Shown: positions 14,424-26,121 of the stretch, in pieces
Position numbering within the stretch: position 1 is the first letter of the stretch
Layout: each line of letters starts with the position of its first letter
Source of the DNA: Marsupella aquatica
Taxonomy: Eukaryota > Plantae > Marchantiophyta
Length of the DNA: 64,000 nt
Assembly (NCBI GenBank): GCA_973895155.1
Contig: OZ316892.1
Span: 5,292,510-5,356,509, forward strand
Direction: 5' to 3'
Notes under the pieces: generated by a model
The model's database searches: none
The model's input: the letters and a program-made list of their open reading frames with translations, nothing else
Told to the model about the DNA's origin: nothing
Translations under genes and position numbers: made by a program

Positions 14424-15247
14424 GTTGTGCAGGATTGCCAAATAAAATGTCACTACACCAAAACTCACATAAATGAATAAGGTTTAGGATCAGGCCTGTT
14501 GTGTTCGAAATTCATGGGTGTCACTTATGATCTTTAGTGTAATGCCTGAGGTTGCCAACCACATGTCTTGGTCGTTGTCACCATTTCATTAGCACTCACT
14601 ATCTTTTCTGGTGGTCATCTCCAAACACTATTTGCTATTTATGACTTGATGCGAGTCAAATCTAAAACACTGCTCTTTCCCACTTACTGGCAGGTTTGTG
14701 GGTTCGCAACTACTCCTAGGAATTGTTGGGTAAAGTTGTTCTTAGGCATAAGCCCTTGAGAATGTCAACCAAAAACTTCAACCCTGTGCGTTGTTCCATT
14801 TGACTAGTTTGAATACAGTGCTTATCTCTCCCACTGTTGTCTCTAATCACAAGTAAAATTTAATATTAAAATAATTTTTATTCATAAACATAGTCTAAAT
14901 ATCAAATTTATTTGTTTACTAGATAAGTTACTGCATATGGCTTCTCATAGCTGATGAATAGTAGATTTATCTTACATATAAAGCCTCAAGGGAAACTAGA
15001 CTTGAGGTCTAGGTTATAGAGTGAAGCCTTTAGCTAGCCCCTGATTCTAGGGCCCCACTATAATATATGTACATAGAAAGGAATATATTATGATATCTAT
15101 ATAATATTTAAAATGATGGGTCCAGTCTGGTTCTTTTATCATATCATTAATCTTGAAAGAATGTGACATGTTTATTGTACTCACTCTATTCAGAGAGCTA
15201 AGGTCAAAGAAAATTAAGAAATATATAATAGCTAATGGAATCTAACA

Positions 15248-15325
15248 GTTGTGTATCTTTCCCGCCCTGCTTTTATAATTATGGGAGTTGTGTATCTTTC
15301 CCGCCCCGCTTTTATAATTATGGGA
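15248..15325. repeat. 39-bp tandem duplication
   Basis: agttgtgtatctttcccgccc(t/c)gcttttataattatggg twice, with one mismatch. Confidence 0.85.
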
Positions 15326-16336
15326 CTAAGGATGAAAAAATGCGGGATCCCATTATAGTTGTAGACTTGTACACAAATTTTTCGTGTAATAGTTCAGGAG
15401 CAAAAAACCCCAAGCCGTAAGCTTACGTACGCAAGGGACTTCATGATGGGGTGCGGGCCAAATGTATCCTATACATTTTGCGCTATATAAAGATCAGGCC
15501 AAAGAGTCCTGAGCTTAAGAACTACTTTTTCAGCACCTTTGATCCCGGATGAGTAGAACAAAGGCTTCCGCTGTCAAGCTACTGGAGATAATCAAATTGA
15601 ATCAAATAACTCCAACTGTAGTCCATGGACTTCCTTGATCGACAACAGAAAGCCTTCGCATTTGATGCCATCAAGCTGAACACACCACGCCCGGGACAAC
15701 GGACATGATCACTCAACAACGAGACAACGCTGGTCAATAATTGCAGTGGACTCCTGTAGGAGCGTTTTTATTGAACTTGATCGATGCCTGGATTCTGGGT
15801 CCATCTTTCCTGGGCAAGCATCAACAGTTCTAACAAATCTAATTGGCGACAAATCATGTACAAGTCTACGATGCCAGTGGGATGATATATAGTGAATTTG
15901 AATGGGTTGAATATCTGCTCCTGTGGTTGGGGCTGTTTTAGTTCATACTAAAAGCAATCTGAGCATGCATATATGCTGAGTACGTTGAGTTCTGCACAGA
16001 GCTAGTAAGCTAGGGGTGGTCGGATGTCGAGCCTGCTGCGGAGTCGGAGACATATGTGCATTCAAGTCCGGGTGGAAACTGGGGAGAAGTTAGAGGAGAA
16101 GAGAGGAAGAAGCGCTAGCTAGCTCACATCATGGGAGATTGTGGTAGCAGTGCCTGGTGGAGACTGTTGGCTCGTGCAATACCGCCATGTTGACACTTTC
16201 TGTTCAGATCATGAGCCTTGACTATTCCTAAGGCAAGTTGAGGTGGACGGTGTCCTTGGGTTCCATTGCAGACAACTTGTTTTGCAAGGGAATGGGAGAA
16301 TATCCGGGACCCAACTTCAGCGAATCAGACCTCCGT

Positions 16337-16342
16337 TATAAA
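16337..16342 (+). promoter_or_regulatory. Candidate TATA box of expansin 2
   Basis: TATAAA ~550 bp upstream of the ATG, followed by a pyrimidine-rich leader. An acceptor-like acag lies 4 nt before the ATG. Confidence 0.3.
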
Positions 16343-16888
16343 ATCTCTCAGATGACACCACCATTCAACATTCTTACCAAAAGTTCTAGCTCCACTCGCT
16401 CGTGACTGCCAGCTCTCCAACACTTACAGGGCGCTCCATTTTGGGATCTCTTAGGACCAATTGTATCTTCCACTTTCTCTCATTGTCTTCCTGACAATTG
16501 TATATAACTTACACCGCATATAATTGCTATTATTCTATGCAGGCACTTAAATTAACAATTGCATAATTATGTCATTAGTTTTCACTGATCTGGTTTTCTC
16601 TGCTTGACTTTGGGACTTGAAGAATTGCTACCGTTTTGCCGTTACCAATGCCAGTTGCCAGACAGTATTTGATCCCATCAGCCACAGTCAACAGCCCTCG
16701 AAGCTTGTTATCAATGTATCGATAAGCCTGTTGAAGGTTACATTCATATGGCTAGTTCCTACTGTAAATTCCCAAGTTTCCTATAGTTCAAGCCTGATGC
16801 TTAGATTAGCCAAAGTAATACAATTATGCTCGGGATTATGCTGTGCGCTTAGAAGTTTGATGAATTGGATCCTGTTTCCCACAGAAAG

Positions 16889-18187
16889 ATGGCTGCGTTC
16901 AGGAGGCCGACAGTTGTGCTGGCCACAGTTCTTCTGCTGTCACTCGGCATTGTCGACGTTGTGAATGCTGACTCATATGCCGTTAGCCGAACAACTTGGG
17001 GGCACGCAACGGCGACCTTCTACGGTGGAACTGATGCATCTGGCACTTACGGTACATAGATTCACTTCATGACTAACACAAATGAAGACAGATCCATTTC
17101 ACATGTGATTAAAACCGAAGAGGAACCCTTGTACTTTAATTGCATGCCTTACAACGTCCCGAGTAGATGTGTCTATCTACCACAAGAGCCATGTTATTCG
17201 AAGGTGAGGACACAGGAGATGACTCTTTGGGTGCAGCTGATAGTTAAGCTGCTCCACAATATTTAGGTGGGCAACCATATACATATGTTGCCATCTGAAT
17301 CTAATCCAAGTCTCTGGGTGTTAATGATTTTGACTGGTCAATGAATTCTTTATCTGCAGCTGGTGCTTGTGGTTATGGAAACCCATACAGCACAGGGTAC
17401 GGTGTGCAAACCGCTGCCTTGAGCAACGCTTTGTTCAACAACGGAATGTCATGTGGAGCCTGCTTCGAGCTCCAATGCAGAAGGAGTGCGTCCGCATATG
17501 CAGCGAAATGGTGCTACCAAAATGCAAGGCCCATCTATATCACGGCCACAAACCAGTGCCCGGGAGGGTCCACTGGAGGCTGGTGTGACTTTCCCAAACT
17601 CCACTTTGACTTGGCATATCCAGCATTCACACGCATGGCTAACGAGATTGCCGGTGTCATTCCCATTCAGTACAAAAGGTAAATTCATGCATGATCAATT
17701 AGAGAGTTGCAGCTCAATTTTCATTGGTTAGATCTTCGTGTGGTTCAATGTAAAAACTAATTTAGATATGACATCATGTAATCCTCCCGTGTTATGTGCT
17801 TTGAAGTAGTGTACTCACAGTAGTCCCTATTCTGTCCACACTTGAATTCTTGAATCTGTATTTCGTGACATATGCAGGGTGAAGTGCAACAAGCCGGGAG
17901 GAATCAAGTTCACAATCAGCGGAAACCCTTACTGGAACAGTGTGCTGGTGTTCAACGTAGCAGGTGCTGGAAATGTCGTGGCAGTGGCGATGAGAGGGAG
18001 GAGCAACTATTTCTACACCATGAGGAGAGACTGGGGTCAGAACTGGGACTGCTATGAGAAGTTCACCGGCCAAGGGCTCACTTTCCGTGTGACCACAGGC
18101 CTCGGAAAGACAGTCACCTTCTGGAATGTCTTTTCATCTAACTGGTGGTTCGGTATGACAGCCCAGGCACGCTACAACATCTGGTAG
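16889..18187 (+). CDS. EXPA: Alpha-expansin 2 (exons 16889-17051, 17360-17678, 17878-18187)
   Basis: Signal peptide, then ATATFYGGTDASGTYA|GACGYG, CGACFELQC, GGWCD, HFDLAYPAF, YKR|VKC, with two GT-AG introns in the expected phases. Trp-rich C-terminus (RDWGQNW, NWWFG). Confidence 0.95.
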
Positions 18188-21068
18188 AATGGCCCTTTAA
18201 TAGAGGTGTCAGACCAATTTATTCAGAAATATTGTAAGCAGAGGAGGTGTGTGAAGACTAATTCTTTACTTAGCGCCCGCTGCTGGCCACCATGACTCGA
18301 ACTAGCTTGTATTCTTTGCAACAAGGGGCACGGACAATATATGTTAGTCTATCCACAGCTGTCAAACCAGACTTCACATAGCTCAAATTTGACATACTAG
18401 CTAGTAAGATATATTTGAGATTTAAGTCAGCTCACTCCAAAGTTTTTTATAGCTCGGAAGCTGATGTACAGCTTCGCGATGTAGCATTAACAAGTGAATT
18501 ACCTTCGAAGGTGATTATGCAGAGAGCGTGGTCTATATATGCTCTTTGCCTCGAAAAATGATCATACAGTTAGGATAGTATATACATGTGTATCATCACC
18601 ATCATGCAGCCCTCCATATCACGCTATCCGATTCCTCCGGATGTCCAGAGCCCAGCATATGTCCATATCAGAGAAGCTCTATGCAGGCTGTGTCATAGTT
18701 CTCTCAAACACTAGACCATCCCCGGGTATCATACCCAATATATGAAACATATCAAAGTTTATTGTACTTCCACATATTTTCGACCCTGCAAACTTACCTT
18801 GAAAGCTGATCCAAAGACTCCATCCATATATGATATTATCGAGGATAGTATATTCCTGATGAGGTAACCAATTGCAAATAAGATTAAATCACTGGTTTCT
18901 CTCAGTGCAACTGTTGATCTTAGAACGAATCACAAAGATTGCGATGTTCCCTATCACAATAATTTTGTGATCTACAAGTGAAATGTGTCTCGTACGAGCT
19001 TACTTTCACATTTTTTCTCTCGTATGTAGTCGCATGTATAGTTCGAGATATAGTTCAACACTGTCCTTGAGACGTATATATGGACGGACAATGTCAAGGC
19101 ACCAAGAAACAAATCGTACTTCCGATGATCGATGTACTAACCCGAGTTACAGCCTTGGTCGGAGTTCATGGATTTTCCCTACACGTTGCACCTGATTTTC
19201 AGCTCACAATCGAGAAAATTAAAGCGATCGATATACGAAACCAATATCTCTTTCACGTCTGAAATCGACTGACCCACTAAGAACTTTTCACTCAGACATA
19301 TTCATCGATCCCCTGTTTCCTTATGAAGCATTTTACCAGACCGACGACTGGAACCGACGCACCCACGAAAATGTTGCCTGTCAATTGTTTAGAAACAAAT
19401 GAGTAGTTGCTGTTCGAGGGCCCCCAACTTAATGAAAATTTAGCACCGATTAGAATTCACAGACGTGGTATAGATTCGAACTTGAGGCTCAGAAATGCGT
19501 AGCTTTACTTTTGTGTCTCCCCGTTTCCTCAGGTCGGACGCCTCTTGACAAACGGTGTAAATATTAAATTAAGCCAACTGTTTATGAGTTTACTTTTTGG
19601 GTCCATCAAAAAGTCATGAGTGGCAACTACAGGCAACGGTCGTTAGAGATGTTTTACTGTGACTAAAAGAAGCGGTTTCCCCATTTAAAGAAGTATCCCT
19701 GTAGCTCAAGTGAGTTGTATATATAGGATTAAAGTGATTCGCTATTGTGAGCTGAAATCAGGTGCGACGTGTAGGGAAATTCCATGAACTCGCGAAAACT
19801 AAGGCCGCCCTGCAAAGCAATCAAGCTGGCTGGCGTGCTCCTGACTACAACCCCACAGGCTGTACAATAGCTACAAGACCTTAGTTTTGAATTCACTACT
19901 ACCTGTTTTCCTGTAATTATACACTCGGCAGCTTCTGACAGCTAATTTTGCTAGACAGATATTCCTTTTACATCTTAAATTAGAAAAGGAACCTTAAATT
20001 ACTCAACTACAGCCAAACCCAGTTCATATTATCCAAATTAAGAGACGAGGCAACGATTATTTAGACAAAAAGAAAAGATGGAGGGGAAATGTATTCATCA
20101 CTGCAGCAGCTACCGCCCGGGCATCCAGCTACCGACCGACGACCTTAAGCAGACGTATTCACGAGTAATTTGAGGTGCACCTTTGGAAGAGGTTGTCATA
20201 TGTTCTCCATCTTTGCATCAGAATCGTCCTTTTATGTGTGAGGCGGTGAACGAGGTTTCTACTTCTAAGTGTGGGCGAGGGTAAGTGACCCCGTTTGATT
20301 ACCAGTCAGTGATCTATCCCCAGAACTCCAAGTCTGAGGGTCATTGTAGCGTGTGATGAAATTTTTACTGACATTTTTAACATATTAAAATATTTTCATA
20401 TGTCCAAATGTTAAAATATGAGTACAGATGAGTACAGTTAAAATAAGTCATACAGACCGACTGAGGTGCAGTACTTTCCTCACTGTAAAGGTGGTATGCA
20501 GGCAAAATTCTTCCCTCTTAAATTGCACTCGGAAAGAAGGTCACTAATGCTGTCAGTAGTTGTAAGAAACATCAACGAAAGTACTCATTTATATATTGTC
20601 AACAGCTCCTTCATCAATCGCTGACAGGACTATCAAAATACCAAGGATGTTAAGTAATCTTAGTTCGGTAGACAGGGACAAGCTTCTCTAGTTTCTGTCC
20701 ATCTCGCTGTCACGTACATGGCATGAAATTACTCTGAAACTTTCTCACTGAAATACAGCTGCAATCTATCAGAAGAGACTGAACCGGGGCAAAATCGTCA
20801 CTACACGGGAGATCACAAGAAGTATTAAGCTCTTGATTCGACATAAAACCCTCCAATAAACTAGATAATTTGGCCTCCGGACGGGTTACCACTAAATGTA
20901 TGTTAATTACATCGTCACAAATTGGTGACACAATCAGTTAACTGAGTCAACGGGGAAAGATGTGAAATTTTCCAGAAGACGCAATTAACACTTTTAAGCC
21001 ATGCCTTTAATTTGGCACAGTACTTGCCTGATCCTCCCACCTCTACAGACTTCAATGAGAGCTACAGT

Positions 21069-24000
21069 CTATAATTTTTTCTGTGAGAGTTGTTTCTCAA
21101 GCAGGGGATACTTGGCCAGATTTTCTGCATCGTATCGTGCCAGGACCCTCCGTGCCTCTTCTTCAGTACCTGGAACCACTCTAAAGATTGGAGGAGTAGC
21201 CTCGTTCAACTTGTTTTCATTCACAGTGAATGTGAAATAGAAGGTGTTGGAAATCTGAGATCAACCAATTTCAAAAACCTTTGTAAAAATGATTACAATT
21301 GAGATCATCGTGCAACTCCTAACCCTTTCCTAAGATGAAACTCTTTTTCTACTGACCAACGTGGAAACGACAGTAAAATTAGTCCTCTAGGTTAAACCAA
21401 GGATTCAGAAATGGAAGAAGGTCAATTTCCAGTACCTCGCTACTTCGAAGTTCGGGTTGCGTGACATGTGCAGTCACTTCTATATGGATCAATTGTGGCT
21501 TCACCTCAGTGTACAAGACGAACGACTTGAACCGCAGCAAATCCCCAACATCTACCTGCATCAGAAAGGTGAAACCTGACGATCAAAATGACATCCGAGA
21601 TCACGCTACTTGATGCAACATATGCAGTCAGATTGTAAAACATAGAATATAATAAGATTAAGATTAAAGAAACACCCTGAGACTGGAATTCCACACAAAC
21701 GAAGTGATGAATTCTGAGCAAGCCCTATGCAAGTGCATAGAGAGGGTCTTGACAAATGTAGTACCGGTCGAAGAAAGTCAACATGGTCCACCTCCAAAAA
21801 CACAGGTAAAATACCACAAAACACATAGCAGGTTGAAAACGCAAGCTCATAGGCACGTCGCATGAGAAAGCCACCAAAAATACGTCCATGCATGTTTCGT
21901 TGTTGTGGCTGACAAATTATCGCATTCTCCTGTTTGGTATTCTTCATGAGAATCATATTCCTATCAGCAAGCGTAGGCATCTCTCTCAAAACTCGTCCTT
22001 CTTTCATCAAGTCCTTCAACCTCTGGTCGTCATGGAGAGCCTTGGCAGCCTTTGAGACTTCAGTTCCACTTGTCCTGTGCTCCTTTCTCTTTGTATCTGC
22101 AGCCCCTCCTAACAGGAAGAGCTTCTTCTCAGCCTCAGTTTCAGGTGCCAACCGGTTTATCTGAGCTGCCTTCTTCGTCATGGTATCCCTTGCCACAAAT
22201 GTGAAATTAGCAACTAGGGCCACCGCATCCTCCTCACGCTCGTCCTCTATGAAAGAAAATGCCACCAAACCCTGTAGAAGATTAAGTGCCTGGTCTCCGA
22301 GAGGTCCTACTGCACTTTAACTCGACCGTCACTAGCTAGGCCTAGTATCTCAACTTGGAAGACGAAGTCTCGAGTGTAGTCAATCAGCACACAAGATATC
22401 ATCAAAGACAAAGGTCCTGTTTATCTTACAGTTAATAGAAGCACATACAGGAGTTGAGCAATAACAAATGGAATTTGCATTGTGTTCAGAGACAATCAAA
22501 TAAAAGTCGAGCTCTGTTTATACGAAAGAAAAATTAGGCTCCAAATCATCCGAATTCCACAGTTGATCTTCACCATTCAACAGAGTTATTCAACAAGGGA
22601 GCGGAATCAAGACAGATTCCTGGCAGGATACAATTCTTGTTCAACAATCGGCAAGAATTCTCGTGGAAGACTAGAAAACTGAAATTTAGAGTAAAACTAC
22701 AATTCATTTGAAGGAGGACTCATTGTGGAATTGACACCGAATTGTTCGTGGACAAGAGTTAGAACTTTTAAAACGGAAATTACAAAGATTTCTTGTGACC
22801 CTACAACTGTGGTGAAGAACTACTGATTTTAGAAAAGGCAAAGAATTATGGGCAGTCACGAAGCCTTCAGAATGGAAGTGGTTGCCTACCAGCATGTGCA
22901 GCCTGAGTGACTTCCATCCTGATCTCCATGGAAGAGCGACCAACCCATGCCACAGCCCCGGAAATCGTGATATCTTCCGTTATACTTATAGGCTTTAAGA
23001 GACTGATTTTATCCACGGATGCTGTCACCAACATCAATGGTCTGGTTGTGTAGTCATCATCTGCACAATGCTGAGTTTCACATTCAAAGTCAAAATTTGG
23101 AGAGATAAAGGAAAATCTTCCTCGTCTATGAAGGTCTGTATTGTGCTTTTCACTTGAAGATGTCGTTACTCTTCTTTGTAAGAGTGACTTGTTCTATTAT
23201 TCAAGGCATCAAGCTGTTATGAATTGAAGGCCTTATCCCAAAAGCTTTGGGACCCTGTAATTCGATGGATATCCAATACTAGGTCCTCTGCAATTCGCTC
23301 GATGGGTTTCTGGTACTCTACAATTCAATAGGTGGAGATCGTACATATAAACATTTTAGGTCCTCCACAATTCACTATATGGGGATCTCATGGTGACAAT
23401 ATTTAGGTCCTCTGCAAGTCATTGGATGGGGATCTCACAGACACAATTTGTCCTCTACGATTCACTGGATGGAGATCTGAGATATACGTTTCAGGTCCTT
23501 ACGATTCATTGGATGATCTTATACACCAAATTTCGCCAAAACTCGGAAGCTTAAACTGCAACCCTCAATTCTCGAGGTCCTATAGAATCTACTAGACTAT
23601 CGTCAAGACAATTTGCGGGCCAGAACGCCAACATTTAAACAGCAATTCTTAACTGGTTAGGTTCCCTACAATTCACTGGATGGAAAGACATCAGGATCTC
23701 TACAGATCACTAGCTGAAGAGCTTAAAGATATAAATTTGCTCGCCAGAACTCGGATCAATCAATAAACGACCTACCACTCCTTAGGTCCTCTAGGGTTCA
23801 CTGGATGGAGACCCTCCAGACAAAATTTGCTGGCCTGAATCCGGACATTTCAACAGAGAACATGAATTGCTTTGGTCCTCTACAATTCGCTTCACTGGAT
23901 TGACATCTCATAGATATATGTTCTGCTAGCCCAGAATTCGGAGACTTAAACGGCAATTAAGTGAGACGAATATGAACAAAAGAACCAGTGAAATGTGATG

Positions 24001-24935
24001 AATTAACTTCACACCTTGACTGCAATGGTGCCGGCTAAAGCATCCAAATCCTCGAACAGCTTCCCAATTCTCACAGCCGACCACGGATTGCGGTACTGCT
24101 CCTGCAGAATCTTGTCGTTGGAGAAAGAATACAGAATGCTGGTCCGGCTCTGGGCCGGCGTCCGGGTCAGCAATTGCCTCTGAGGATGGCCATCCATAGA
24201 GAAGTCGATCTGCCTCTCGTTGATGCTCGACCTGGCGGCCCACAGAGCAGCCGTCACGGGAGAGTGGTACATGCCGGGCCACATACTCACAGGCTTGCGC
24301 TCTTCCTGGACTGCTGCGGCGTCATCCCCCTTTGCCACGGTGGACAACACGGGGATGGCATGGGCACCCTTCGCCGATGAATTCATCAGCTTCCACTGGC
24401 CTCTCTTCTCGGGACTAAGCTGTTGGCCTTTAGCTCCCGAAATTTCAGATGGGGGTTTTGTGGTCTCCTCTGAATTTACTTCTTCGGTGCTGATTGGCAC
24501 TGATGATTCCACCTGAGTTTTACAGTTCTCGGGCTTGTTCCTAGATGGTTTACTGCCTGTACTGGACGAAAAGGAGGAGATGATAAGAGAAGTCACCCAC
24601 GACGAGGACGAGAGGGGAAGAGGAGAAGAAACCCAGAAGGAAGAAGAGAGAGGAAGATTAGCAGTACACGAAAAGGAGGAGGAGAGAGGAAGATTTGCAG
24701 TACACGTCAAGGAAGAGGATGAAGAGATAGGAAGGTGAGAAGTACCCAGAATGAAGGAGGAGGACGAGAGCGAAAGATCAGAAGTGCTCGAAAATGGGGA
24801 GAAGAGTGGGAGGTGAGAAATATTTTGATACACACCGAACTGTGAAGGGTAGAAGGAGGAGACAGGGGTCGGACGGAAACAGAGAGCGCGTACTGTACAC
24901 GATGAACTGGTCTTTCTAATGATGCTCAAACTCAT
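21069..24935 (-). CDS. Acyl-CoA thioesterase, double hotdog fold, ACOT9-like, probably mitochondrial (exons 24935-24015, 23070-22890, 22246-21765, 21555-21436, 21254-21069)
   Basis: Motifs YRNPW..VRIGKLFEDLDALAGTIAVK|HC, LVTASVD, GAVAWVGRSSMEI, QPQQRNMHGRIFGGFLMRRAYELA, VDFLRP|VDVGDLL, SNTFYFTF. All junctions are GT-AG and in frame. Ser-rich presequence. Confidence 0.92.
23250..23910. repeat. Degenerate tandem repeat in thioesterase intron 1
   Basis: About 11 variants of aggtcctctacaattcactggatgggatctca, spaced roughly 45-120 bp apart. Confidence 0.8.
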
Positions 24936-26121
24936 TCTATTTTAAGAAATTGAACTGCTTCTTCTGACCCACCGAATTTCTGCTTCTTGTACTGTGCAGG
25001 CGCCACTTCTAGGAGGACGTATTCGTACCCCCTTCACCGACCACCCCCATCTGTTGCATAGCGTGACTTGTGCCAATTCTGTGTACCAATTGCCTGCTTT
25101 CAATCACCCCAACAGCTGTGCTATTCTCCATGACTTTCCTGCCGATAGAATCCAGCGCTTTGTCCGCCTTTATTCGGGTGAGAAGCGTGCCTAATAGGAA
25201 ATTAAAACTCCGGAGTGCGGCTATGCCCCAGGATTATCAATCCACACAGGATTACTGTTTGTTGATAGTGAAATGAACGAGAGATTGGACCACAGTTCGG
25301 GAATTTGATCGAGAGGGCGGATTTTCCGCTGAGTTGAGGGCCTTCTCACATAGATTTCCTGTTCATCTTTAGCACAAAATTGTCATTTGTTCAACAGTTA
25401 CAAAGTCTCAGATACAATCACCCTCGTGAAGAAGAACATGGAAAGCAGGTGTCTTTCAAGAGTTAACGACCTAAGGGGACACTGCGTCGTTGTGGCAAAC
25501 TGACAGACCTGTCCATGCAGATAATTACGTTGTTCATCTTTGGCACAAAATTTTGTCATTTCTAGTTATTTTGGCAAGTCCGCTAGTGAAACACTGTAGG
25601 AGGAGGTGATGATAGACCTCTGTCAGAGTCAGCCACGAAAGGCCCTAAGGTGGATTCCGGACCTTTAATTTGCACGTCTTTGACAGAATGTTGTCAGCTG
25701 TTTTGTTTTTAAGTAGTAATTAAAAACCTGTTTCTGGTTTAATCAATTCTCTAACACAGTCACCCAAGTAAAGGAGACGATAGAGGGATCCCTCACAAGC
25801 TTCTGAGTGTCCAAAATGAATGGACAGGAATCATGAGTAGCTACTTTATAGGCGTGTATCAGATATTATTCTGAAGTGACAGATAGCTTGAAAAGTGAGG
25901 TATTGCATAAATATATTCTACGTCCAAGTGAAGTTAGGACAAGCGACCCATAATAACATGGGCACATCCAAAGGGAACCAAAATCTTAGGGGACATGCGG
26001 GCCAACTCTAACCTCTGGCTGCGGGCAATTGTGGGGAAAGCAAAACACAGCCCAATCCCCTCAAATCCTGAAACCATTTTGCTACATCAAGAGCACCCAA
26101 CAATTTGAACAAAGAATTTAG

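Noticed and set aside
19471-19490. B-box-like GTTCGAATC (minus strand), also GGTTCGAGT at 6961
   Set aside because: No cloverleaf or correctly spaced A-box, so no tRNA or SINE call is supported.
23250-23910. Spaced ~30-bp repeats resembling a CRISPR array
   Set aside because: Repeats are highly degenerate, the intervening sequences are related to one another and irregular in length, and the array is intronic.
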